Source: Hamiltosporidium tvaerminnensis FI-OER-3-3
Taxonomy: Eukaryota > Fungi > Microsporidia
Reading direction: 5' to 3'
Length of the DNA: 64,000 bases
Assembly: GCA_022605425.2 (NCBI GenBank)
Contig: CM061246.1
Span: 186,001 to 250,000 of the forward strand
Shown: positions 25,250 to 36,655 of the stretch, piece by piece
Position numbering within the stretch: position 1 is the first letter of the stretch
Layout of the letters: every line of letters begins with the position of its first letter
Program-made: the position numbers and the translations under genes
The notes under the pieces: generated by a model
Seen by the model: the letters and a program-made list of their open reading frames with translations, nothing else
Told to the model about the DNA's origin: nothing
Databases searched by the model: none

Positions 25250-27160
25250 TTTTAGGAGCTTCCGCTTTGGTGAAATTTTGAGGTGCATGGGCTTTTTTCT
25301 TTAGGACACCTAGTTTTGAGATTTAGATTGAAATGTCAGTCAAATTAGATATCTTTAGTCTCTGGTCTTGGTGGACATTCTCTTAGGAAAATTTTGACAT
25401 GTAGAATCGCTTTGATACAAATAAACATTGAATTACACCTTTTAAATTGATTTCTCATGTAAAGTTCATTTAAGACCCCAAGTTCCGTACCAAATTTTTA
25501 AAAATGAGCATCTGTTACTTTTGGAACAAAGGCCACAATATTCCTTACAACCTTAAGATCATTGTTTACATCTGGTGATTTAACTCTCATGGTGTCCCCC
25601 TCTTTGACGGTAGGATATTTTTAACCAGAGGTTTTAAGCACTTTGCAGCTTGTTTATTTATAATATTTCTTGCTGAAGATCTCTTAATTTTTAAATGTAT
25701 CAGAATTTATTTTTTTTAGCTTAAACTCTTTATAAAAATCATTATAACTCCATCCGCAGGTTTTTCATAACCAAAGACCGAAAGATTGGTTGGCTCTAAA
25801 CTATTTATTTCTCTTTCTTTGTTATAAAAAGCAAAACATGATTAGAATAACGAAGTTGAATATTTAACATAACCATCAATAGTCACTTTCACACCATGCT
25901 GAGAGAAGAATTGGCTTGCATTTTTTCTGTTTGTCGTAAGAGGCGGCCAAAAGGGACTGGTCCTCCAGACCGAGGTTGGGCGTAATACTAAAAACCTACC
26001 TTTTAAACCATTTTGTTAAGAAACCGAAAAAGTAAACAAACCCACTGAAAAAAGACAAATAGGCGGTATAAATGAGAGAGGCCAAAGCCTCTGCGGGGTT
26101 GTAGTGCCGATGGCCGTGATTTTCGATGGTAATCATTTCGCTCTTCTCATTTTTACTTTTTGTGATGACTTGTTAAATTTGGAATGAATTTTCTCTAATG
26201 GATTATTAATTATTCTGATCTATCATTATTACCTCCAAGTCTTCTCCAAAATTTATTTTAGACCGATCGAATAACAAAAATACATTTTGAACTCAATTTC
26301 TTCGTTTTTTCTAAACATAGTTTTTCTCAAGTACAGTTTATGCTAATTGAAAGGCTCTGTATTTCATAATTTGAATAAAACGTAAACCTCCTGAAATTTT
26401 CTGCTGTTATTGTCTTGATGTCAAGTATAACGCTTATTCTCGAAATCTTGATTGTAACTTTATAAGGCTCTGAATTTCAAAGTGTATGGTCTATCTATGT
26501 ACCATCTTTAACTCGGTTCATATTCTAAATAGTTATTTAATCAGTTATTAGTAAATTCTCTGTTATTATCACCTTTCAAAATAGAAAGTGCCTCAGAAAC
26601 GGTAAAAATATCAAAAAGTACATATATTACTTCTTTTGAACTATGTATTTGAGAACTTGAAGTTTAAATTAAGTTAACATCTAGGTATACAAGTATAGAT
26701 CAATATTAATCATCAATTTGTGAAGGCATCTTGATTTACTCGACCTAACTTCTTGTGTTCATATTTGTACTTGTCATTTGTCTTAAAACCAATATTCTTT
26801 AGTAGCCGTGATATTTTTGCACAAAATACGCAAATTTATATATTTTACTAGCTTTTCACCTGTAATCCCTTAATATTTTGACTTTATTTCTTTTTTTAGG
26901 CGGCTTTGACTACCATGATAAATTTCAAGGTGTAGATAATACAAATGTTCATACGTCTTTTCCCGATGCGGATATAGCCTAATATGCTCTTTAGACTCCT
27001 AAATAAATAATTTAAATTTCCTATTGCTCAAAATTTATTCTTTTTAGGCAGAAAGTACATAGTTCTAGAGTAATATCGCTTAACTTTGTTTTAGATGTTT
27101 TGAATTTATCAATTAACTCCAAGTAATTTTGTTTCCTGTTAATGGGTATATCCCATCCGT
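25250..27160 (-). mobile_element. Decayed KRBA2/SCAND3-like (Ginger-type) DDE integrase transposon
   Basis: Minus-strand remnants in the expected order: HGSQSRLKKEIKSKY, ILVYLD, DIFTVSEALSILKGDNNREF (26553-26570), GLRFIQIMKYRAF, YPTVKEGDTMRVKSPDV, GVLNELYMRNQF, Cys-rich tail; many stops and frameshifts. Confidence 0.75.
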
Positions 27161-27449
27161 TTTATAAGCCCTATTTCTCGAAAAACCCGCCCAAGCACTG
27201 CGTTATATTTTTTACATTCATTAACGTCGATTTTTGTACGTGATTTTTTTACTAAAATAAATAAAAATCAATAACGTAAGAAATTTAACAATAATTAAAT
27301 CGCTGAAGTGCAACATTGTACAGGCGACAAGCTGTAAATGATTGTCGATCCAATAGCGACAATCACATCTATCGTATATTTCTTAATTGCTCTGAATTCA
27401 AAAAAATGAGTAAATGAATTGTTGCCGTTGTAATATTAAAATACAGTGT

Positions 27450-27900
27450 AATAAATTATGATAAATTGTCGTAAGTTTTCTCAAATTTTCCTAAACCTAT
27501 CAGGATTTGGCACAATGCCTAATTTTTTGATTGTAGGTAACGTATAGAACACCAAAAATGTATTAAACAGATTAGAAGAAATTCTTAGATGGTAATTATA
27601 TAAAATTTGCGAAAAAAATGCATAGGTCTAAAATATGAACAAAAGGCGTTTATATGAAGAACAATTAAATTAAGGATAAAGAGGGAGTAAGTAGATAGAT
27701 ACAAAGGTTTCCACTGTATAAATTAAATTGTTCCGATGATAAATCTGATAACACTTATTGCAAAATTTTTTAAAATAAAATAGCTTTGTAAAAATCCACT
27801 AAAAACCAAATTCGGATGAATATAGTATGCTGAAACTCAATTTAAGGAATCGAAGTTCAACAAAATAGTGCTAAGTTTATAATTTAAAAATCAAAGACGT
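27450..27900 (+). mobile_element. Possible Merlin (IS1016-like) transposase relic
   Basis: Fragmentary HRSKY.., GV.DR, IVPD.KS..TL motifs read across frameshifts. Confidence 0.35.
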
Positions 27901-28180
27901 GTTGTTTCAGTTATAATAGATTAATTTGATTCTACTTACGGATTTGTGAGACAGAAAAAAATATAAATGTTATGTTCTACGAAACTTTTATTATTAGTTC
28001 GAGAAAATGTTGCTAAAAATGTTCAAATAAGTTTTCTTTCTTAAAAGTAGTAGCTTGTGATTCAGCATTTAAAGTATTATTCAAAGCACAGATAATAATT
28101 AATTCGGTTTTAAATCCTACATAACATTTTATTTAACGAACCCCGTACCTTTTATAAACATAATATATGTTATATTATTC

Positions 28181-29504
28181 ATTCGCCCAGGATGTAAAGA
28201 GTGTCTGTACCTTCCCAGAACAGAACTTGGGAGAGGTCTTCATAGTGTTGAGTTCAAAAGCGAACATATGCTTTTGCAACTCTTGGATTGTCTGGAAAAA
28301 TCTAAAGAAACATCGACCAGAAGAGCAGCAATCCTTAAGGTGGAGAATGATAATAAAACCCATCTTGCACTAATAAAAGACTTTTTACAAGTAAAATACG
28401 GGATGGCAGAGGAGGTCACTAAAAATAAATTAGATGAAGCTCAACTAGCTAACTTATATAACGAAATAGAAAAACGAAAACTACATTCAAAGTTATATAA
28501 TGCTAGAAACAACGAGCTAGTAAGTGTAAATGACTCCTCAAGATGGTTAAAGAAAGGAAGTGTAAGACCGCGTGATGAAGCAGTGTTCTGCTATATCCAG
28601 GATAGAAACGTATTTTGGGGAGCAGAAGGTGTGTGTCAACACTGCAACACGTCTAGAAAAACAGTAGATCATCTAGCAAGTCGATGTGAAATAATGCTAG
28701 GCCATGACTACACCAGACGGCTAATGAAGTGGTTAGGTGCCTACACTTACTTCTCTTAAATAGATATAAGTTTAAGTCTTCAAAACGAATTAGGAGTCAC
28801 TCAGTTCAAGAAATTCTTGATAATGAGTATGCAGAGATAAGAGTGGACACCAGAATAAAAACTGATGTCAAAATTCGAAATAATAGGCCAGATATATTCG
28901 TTTTAGACAAGAGACGAAATAAGATTACCCTCATTGAAGTAGGAATCACCTCCAAAGACTCACTTCAAATAGTTGAAACAGAGAAACTTAGGAAGTATGA
29001 CCTATTAGCAAATGAGCTGGGTCTTATTTACAAATGTAGTGTAGAGATAATTCCTTATGTGATAACATGGGACAGTATTGTGACAAAATACCATAAGACT
29101 TATCTTAAAAGATTACAAATACCCATAAATGTAGTGGCATACATTCAGTCCATAGTACTTAAGAAAACAGTCGAAATGATTTCCTTCGATCGACGAAGAG
29201 GACTTGAGTCAGGACTAAATGCCGAAGAGAGCTGGGAGAGAGCGTTATTAAGTGTTATTATAGGAGCTGAGATGCATAATCAGCCAACACCCCCCTTAAA
29301 AGAAGTGAAGAACGAGGAAGATAGTGTTAAACAAGTAAATTCAAAAAATATTTTACCCCTTATTTTAGATGACGTAACCAGACCAGAGGAACCGACGATA
29401 GACATTAATGATAAGTCGGATGTAGAAAAAGAGAATAAAGTGGTTAAAGTGATGGAAGAAATTAGTTAAACGAGAGAAAATTTGTTAACCCAGAATTTTA
29501 TTAA
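28181..29504 (+). mobile_element. 5'-truncated RLE non-LTR retrotransposon copy of a second subfamily, frameshifted near 28720, 9-bp TSD
   Basis: RT C-terminus, CQHC..HL..RC and RPD..IEV endonuclease; 3' end ttaacccagaattttattaaat; atattattc at 28172-28180 and 29505-29513. Confidence 0.92.
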
Positions 29505-30155
29505 ATATTATTCCAATTACATCAATAGGGTTCAAGCTTTAACATAGATAACTACACCTACATTACTCCATCAGTATTTCTTATGAGACTACATCCTAAA
29601 TAATTACATCTAAAAGGTTGCATAATCCATTTAATGAATGGACAAGTTTCTTAATATTTTATTGCTCTGTGTGTGATTGAAGGTTGAAGCCTATATTGGG
29701 CTTCACCAAGACCAACAACATTTACAAATCCCTGAACTTTTTAACCAAAAAAAATTTCAGCATAGATATTTCTTATAAATTTACATTAGCTCATCTAGAC
29801 GTGCAATTCGTTATCAACAGGTAGAAGCATTCTTGGCATTCTAGAATTTTGAATGTTATTTTTTGTATTTCCTAAGCTCAAAATCTTTTAATCCGAGTGG
29901 GCAAAACCATGTACATGCTTTTCCATATAAATTATCACAATTTCAGTCGCACTTTCCAATATACCCTAAAAAAACGTAAAAAAATCTTTGTAGAAAAATA
30001 TTAATAATTCTGTTGAACATATATATATATACCAGTTTCTATAGATCAACCCAATATTTTTCATTTTTCTCCTACCAAAACTCCAAGAACATTGACATAA
30101 ATTTTATCAAATAATTGCAAACAGTTGGTTTTCTATGTGGTTATTCTCTCACTAA
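29505..30155 (-). ncRNA. Decayed copy (C4) of the dispersed structured non-coding element; its 3' end is interrupted by the retrotransposon
   Basis: Colinear with the reverse complement of 50185-50890: ctacatcc, ttgggctt..ccaagac, ctagac.gtgcaat, caacag, cttggc, taa.ccga.tg.gcaa, catgctttt, and the leader ccaca.a.aaaac...ctg.ttg. Confidence 0.75.
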
Positions 30156-30532
30156 GGAAAAAAATAAATGATAATTATAATGTTTTTTCTTTGATTTTCT
30201 CTTGTTTCGTCTATAAATTTTGTGATACAGATTTTCTAGTGAAAAAAAGATGTTTTTTTTCAAGTCCAAGAAAGTTTAGAAGTATTGAAATATAGTCGTA
30301 AGGTTGAAAATGTAATTTTAATCAATACAAAACGAAAATATCCGATCTATAAATAATATATCCTACTTTATGAGTTATGTTATCGCTCTCAACTCTGGAA
30401 CCAATTAACCATGATAAACTAAGGTTTCTTGTACATAACCCATTTTTAAAAAAATCCAAACGTTATAATCAATGAATTTTTAATAAATTGTTTTTTTATT
30501 GGATAATTTAATATATTTTATTATCCATATAA

Positions 30533-31095
30533 GTTTTATTTAATAAAATTCTGGGTTAAAATATTTTAACATTTTTATATGTTTTCTTCTACCTCTTTAA
30601 CCACTTTTGTCTCTTCTTCCAAATCCGACTCTTCATTTATGTTATTGGTCGGTTCCTCTAAAGTGGTTCCTCCTTGTAAAATAAAGGGTGCTTTATATTT
30701 TGTTTTAAAATTTTTTGCACCATCTTCCTCTGTTTTCGCTTCTTTTAAAGGGGGTATTGGTTCCTCATGCATCTCTGATCTCATAATAACACCCATTGAC
30801 GCTCTCTCCCAGCTCTCTTCGGCATTTAGTCTTGACTCAAGTCCTCTTCGTCGATCAAAGGAAATAGTTTCGACTGTCTTCTTAAGTACTATAGACTGAA
30901 TGTATGCTTCTACATTCATGGGTATTTCTAGTCTTTTAAGATGAGATTTATGGTATTTTGTCACAATACCGTCCCAGGTCATCACATAAAGGATTATCTC
31001 AACACTACACTTATAAATAAGGCCCAACTCATTGGCTAGCAGGTCATACTTCCTAAGTTTTTCAGTTTCAACTATTTGAAGTGAATCTTGGGAAG
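30533..31095 (-). mobile_element. 5'-truncated RLE non-LTR retrotransposon copy, 13-bp TSD
   Basis: Near-identical to 18155-18715; attatccatataa at 30520-30532 and 31096-31108. Confidence 0.95.
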
Positions 31096-31151
31096 ATTAT
31101 CCATATAAAATAAATTAATATTATATTTTAAAAAACAAAATTCTTGCCCAG

Positions 31152-33548
31152 ATGTCAGAAGAATTTTATTTGGGCAATAGTAAAAAATTGTTTGTTAGGA
31201 AATTATCTCGATATATATTTATAATTTTTATTGGCTTTTTTTGGTCGGTATATTCCACTAGTGTAAGTTTCTTTGTTATAAATGAAGAAAATTGTATTAC
31301 AGATTCAAATATTGATAATTCTATTTTAGAGGCGACAGAATATGAAAATTATTCAGTTGAATGCATTTATGAGCAAGAAGAAATCAAGGTTTTAAAGAAT
31401 AATACTATATGCAGTGAATCTACGCCAAATCAATTCAAATATTACAATCCTAATATTTTCACCATGCCTTACAGAAAAAACATGTTACTAAATTCGAATT
31501 TTTTAAAAACTGCATTTGAATCAAAACAAACAAATATAAGAATATTTTTTAGGGATATTTCATATAATGCTTTACTTCTCTTTTTTAAGTTAATAGATAA
31601 ATCTGATATTATTGTGAATCAAATAAAAATACAAGATTTCTTAGATATATTATTGATTCTTTCTGTATTAGATATAGAAAGAACTAAAGAGAGTAATCAT
31701 TTCATAAAAGAATTATTTAGAAATTTTATCTTCGAAATGCAAAACTCTAATCATGTTTTTGATTTGCAAAAATATTATAACAGTTATCATTACAAACTTA
31801 TCAAAAAATCCATACTTATTGAACTGTATATAATCCTTATTGATCTTATCTCTTTTAATGATAAAATTGGACATCGATATACGGTTCATCACGAGACAAT
31901 TGCTTCAAATTTTAAAAAGACTATTACAGCTTATTCTTTTAATAGTATGCATCCAAAAAGTTTAACAAGTAAAATATATTTAAGATTAAATAATATTAGC
32001 ATCAGTAGTTTACACAAGATTATAAATTCGGAATATTTGATGAATACATGGATTTTTTTACTTAATATTACAAAAATGGATCTTATTTATTTCATTTTCT
32101 CAGATGATGAAACATATAACAAAGCAATTCAACTTTTTTCTAATATTACATTACATGCAGAAAAACTGTATATTCATTTTTTTGAAGAACCAATGAAATT
32201 TTTTATCAATAAAAATATAAATTTCTTTTCTGAAAACTTAAAAGTATTAAAATTAAGATATAATTTTACAACGGAAGAATTAAAAAACATTTTGCGATTT
32301 TGTAACAGAATTGAAAGGCTAACAATCAAGACATATTACATTGATTTTGAAAGATTGAGTTTATTGGTTAATTTTTCTATGAATAATCCTAATATATCTT
32401 GCAAGATTTTAGGCTTTGTTTATGAGTTGCCCGACATAGATTATGAGTTTATTAATAATATACCTAGGAATATTTTATTTTATCTTGAAAATTCTAATAG
32501 AAACTTAGAATATGAGGAAATTCCTGCGAAATACATGCCATTTTTCCAAAATTACTATTTTCACTATAAACAAATATTAAATTCAAGAATCACCATTAAA
32601 CCCGAGCTTTTAGAATTCTCTAGGGTTAAATCAGTTACACTTGATTTTGAATCTAATTCTTCACCTTATAAAATCGAAACTTCGGTCTTTAACATGCTAA
32701 GATGCTTTAAAACTATCAAATATTTTTCGTTGCAAAATATTGTAATCAGCAATGAATTGCTTTTATACGTTTTAGAATCCGATACACTACAAATTTTAAC
32801 AATTACAAAGTTTATTTGTATCGATAAATTTAGATATATTTCTGAAAATGAGACCTTATTTAATCGAAAATTGGTAGACTTTCTTCTTTTTGATTCGTTG
32901 ACTGAAATTAATCCAAGTATTTTCATTTATCTAAGTAGATTTAAAAACGTCTCCGGTTTCAATTTTACAATTATAAATGAAAATCGTACATCCTTTCTAA
33001 AAAAGATAATTAATCATTTTTTCGGTACAGCAAACAAAAAGTACACCAAAACATATTTAAACTGTTTAAGGATTGAAACGAATTTAAATTATATAAAAAA
33101 AATAAATTTTCTTGAGTTTTTTTCCGAATTATACGATTTTTCAAAACTTTGTAAAATTGTCTATCATGTTTATGAAATTGGTGACATAGAGTACAGCATA
33201 ATCAGCAAAATGACAAATTTAAAATTTATTTCAATAGGAATTTATAATTCGAAAGAGTGCATTAATTATGAAAAACTGTTTAATAACCATGAATTATTCA
33301 ATACTATTGGATATGTGAGTATTTATGTTAGCCAGATTCGAAAAAGAGATATCGATATTTTAAAGAACAACAAGAATTTAAAAACCCTTCGAATTTCCTG
33401 TGAAATAATTGATTATGATACAATTTTAGGCATCAAAAAAAATGATTTTAAGAACACCATGATTATATTTGAAAAACCAGTTCGAGCCAAAAGATCAGTA
33501 GAGATAAATAATTATCTTGATTCCGAGTTCCAAATAAACTTTTCTTGA
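31152..33548 (+). CDS. 798-aa lineage-specific protein with an N-terminal hydrophobic segment and LRR-like repeats
   Basis: YIFIIFIGFFWSVY signal/TM; LKVLKL, IERLTI, LQILTI, LKTLRI LxxLxL-type repeats; GCCC before the ATG. Confidence 0.75.
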   Translation: MSEEFYLGNSKKLFVRKLSRYIFIIFIGFFWSVYSTSVSFFVINEENCITDSNIDNSILEATEYENYSVECIYEQEEIKVLKNNTICSESTPNQFKYYNPNIFTMPYRKNMLLNSNFLKTAFESKQTNIRIFFRDISYNALLLFFKLIDKSDIIVNQIKIQDFLDILLILSVLDIERTKESNHFIKELFRNFIFEMQNSNHVFDLQKYYNSYHYKLIKKSILIELYIILIDLISFNDKIGHRYTVHHETIASNFKKTITAYSFNSMHPKSLTSKIYLRLNNISISSLHKIINSEYLMNTWIFLLNITKMDLIYFIFSDDETYNKAIQLFSNITLHAEKLYIHFFEEPMKFFINKNINFFSENLKVLKLRYNFTTEELKNILRFCNRIERLTIKTYYIDFERLSLLVNFSMNNPNISCKILGFVYELPDIDYEFINNIPRNILFYLENSNRNLEYEEIPAKYMPFFQNYYFHYKQILNSRITIKPELLEFSRVKSVTLDFESNSSPYKIETSVFNMLRCFKTIKYFSLQNIVISNELLLYVLESDTLQILTITKFICIDKFRYISENETLFNRKLVDFLLFDSLTEINPSIFIYLSRFKNVSGFNFTIINENRTSFLKKIINHFFGTANKKYTKTYLNCLRIETNLNYIKKINFLEFFSELYDFSKLCKIVYHVYEIGDIEYSIISKMTNLKFISIGIYNSKECINYEKLFNNHELFNTIGYVSIYVSQIRKRDIDILKNNKNLKTLRISCEIIDYDTILGIKKNDFKNTMIIFEKPVRAKRSVEINNYLDSEFQINFS

Positions 33549-33899
33549 ACAATATAACAGCCTTTTAAAATAAAAAAAAATTTAGTCTACGGATTTAAAA
33601 TATTTATAATTGTTGTTTTTGAATGATTCTACTCACATATACTTAATTATTCTGAATTCTTATATAAATAAATAATTGTCCCTATACATTATACTTATCA
33701 GAGTTTTTTCGAAGATATTGCTTTTAAGCCCAGATTTTTATTAAAAGTCTACCATCCTGGAATAAAAAAATACCTATTACCAATAAAAGTATGTTCAGAC
33801 CGATTTTGAACTATGTACCTCTTGGTATGAACATCATTTGTTCTTTGTTTAGTCCATAATTGGGTAATGGACGATAAAAATACGTTTATATATACTATT

Positions 33900-34780
33900 T
33901 CGTTTCAAATACTTAAAATTTAGGTTCAAACAAAACCAGGCTACATTTTTTCCCATTATATGTATTAAAATCAGTCATGAATTACTTAAGGATTTCCATT
34001 TAAAGTTTCAAGAGCGCGATTATGTGATTTCTTTTCAAAAAAACCAAAGTTTTTTTGTTTATGATAAATATATTGGCTTTCTAGTAGTTTTAGTCTTTCT
34101 TTTTGTTTTTTACTTTCTGCATACTTCAAAAGCCCACCCAAAAATTCAACCCGTCTTTTTTTCTCTTCTTCTTTACTTGATAAGTTTGTTCTAAACTATC
34201 TTCGGGTTGTAAATGCATTTATGATTTGACTACTCTCTGCACTAATTTGAATAATATCTCTATTTCTAAGATATAGATAGCACGCAATTCAATTTGAATT
34301 TAGGCTAGTCACGAGTATCTTAATCGATTTCCTTTATATTTTTGGCTAGTTATTTATCCAAACTATTTTTATATGTTACCCAACAAAGTTGTTCTTTTTT
34401 TATAAAATATATTTAGCAATGGAATATGTATTCGTAATATATTCACATTTGATCATTTTTAACTTGCCGATAATGAAAATTTTTTTTCATATTGCTATGT
34501 GGTAATTGATCGATTATTCGGTCTGTTTCACAATAAGTTTGTTAAGTATGGCCCTATGCTTTACAATATGTTCAGCATCCATCATTATGTAGCTTTGGAA
34601 AAGACCAAATAACCCTTATAAATTAAAGATTTGATGAACCGGGACAATGAAGCGGTTAGAAATAAATTTTATCTTAGTATTTTCGTTTCGTTAAGTTTTT
34701 TTTATTATTTTATCAAATAATCTTAATGATGTCCTATCATTTACACGGATTAATAGTATGATTACAAAAATTTTTTATGT
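33900..34780 (-). mobile_element. Possible highly decayed piggyBac-like transposase relic
   Basis: Weak minus-strand remnants resembling the DYN..MG.V and ..KG..F..YI segments of piggyBac; no intact ORF. Confidence 0.25.
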
Positions 34781-36639
34781 GTTAGAATGTCGTTCTATGT
34801 AAAGGGCCTTTTTTAGGCTTTTAGCTAACCATTTAGTTTGGGTTTTAGGCCCAGAGAAAATTTAAAGAAAGCTGGAGCTAAAAGGGTTTGAAAATTTGAT
34901 GTTACAAGAGTCTCGAGGTTTTCGAAAAGCTGATTAGTAGAAAAAGAGATAAATTTAGTTATATCTTGCTTTTCTAAAAAACAGGATAATTTTTCAAACG
35001 GAACTTGCATTATCTTTTTAGAGAAATCAAGTGTTTTAACTCATTTCTTCCTAGAGCATGACTTTATAGAATGACAAGTAATAGTAAGAAAGCTTAACAA
35101 TATTATTCTATTTCCTTACAATATCTTATTTTCTGCAATATGATCTATAAGCTTTATTGGTTTGCATCGATATTTATATAAGACTTAGAGATTTTCAGAG
35201 TTTTAAATCAAATTTTTTTTGGTAAATAATTAATTAATATACGATTTAAAAGTGTATAATGAGCTTTTGGAAATTAAGTTTCTTTATATAATGAAAGTTT
35301 AATATAATATTTTTTAAAAAATCATACAATTATTTTAACCTATGAATCTGCAAAAGGCAATACATATTAGACTGTATAATTTCTAAGTTTGAATTGTGCA
35401 TTCGATTTTTAATCAACATCAAATATTGTATTATCAAAGTATCTTGTCAAAAATTGTAAATATTAAAAAGTCCATTTCGTATTAAAAATGAAACCCATCG
35501 CTATTTACAATAACATTCGATTCTAGATATATGAAAAATATTTGTGTATCTTTCAATGTTTTTCACCATATTTGTTTTACTTCGATCTCGGAAATCAGGT
35601 CTTTTTTTATCTCTTTATAGACCAGGGTTTTTTGAGGGTAATGAAATATAATTTAAGTCTACTTTGTAACAGACGAGTTTATAACTTTAATCAAAAAAGA
35701 GATTAGCTAAACGCTTTAATAACTTCCAATATTTCTCTTAACCGTGACTATATTACATCTACATACAAAGAATAATATATTAAAATTCGTAAAATTATTT
35801 CTTATTATATTTTCATTGATGTTATCGGGAAGAGAAAAATCAAATTTTATATAAATTATTTTAAAAAAATCAGCTAAAAGTTGCAAAACCAAAACAAACA
35901 AACAATAAAATTTATTGTATATTTTATTAAAATTTAGTTCAAATATTCTAATTAGATTTTAGTTTAGTAGTTATGTATCATATTATGTGCTGATAGCTCA
36001 TTCCCGGGATCTTAAAAAATAATATATTGATGTAGAAAAATTGAAATTATTTAGATAAAGCCTTATTCAACTTTAAACTTAATATATTATTCTAAAAAAT
36101 GAAAAACAACTGGTGGAATTTTCTGTAATATGAGATTTAATATTGAAAAGAAAATAATCCCGCACTAAACCTTTATGTTATAATCTTTTTGTTGATTAAA
36201 ACAAGATATTTCCACTGTTTGACTCTATTTTTTAATGCACATTACCACGATAATCTCTTTACTCTATATAATCTCAATATAAACTTTCTATTCCCGAAGA
36301 AATCTTAGAAATAAAATATCTAGATAAAATATAAAATGCGAAAAAATCGGTATAAAAAGATAATTTGATGTTTAGAGAACCATCATTAACGGTATAATCC
36401 AATAAATTTTGATTTGGCTTAAAATTTTTTTTAAATAAATAAAACTGGCCAATTGTCTGGCAAAGCAAAAGAGTAAAGATATCCGGATCTAATATTTTAT
36501 GTTACCAAAGCATGTATTTACTTCCATAATTCGATAAATAATATAAAATACAGTTATTATTACATCCTATTTGAACGAAAAAATGATTAATCCGAAGTAT
36601 TAAATTCTAAAAAAGTGTTTTATTATTTACAAATCTAAA

Positions 36640-36655
36640 TTTATAAACCCCTATG
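36640..36655 (+). promoter_or_regulatory. Microsporidian CCC-type motif just upstream of the start codon (representative site)
   Basis: CCC within ~15 nt of the ATG, after an AT-rich tract, at 6277, 8611, 12484, 14184, 23660(-), 31152, 36653, 40073, 43784, 50051(-) and 58359. Confidence 0.8.
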
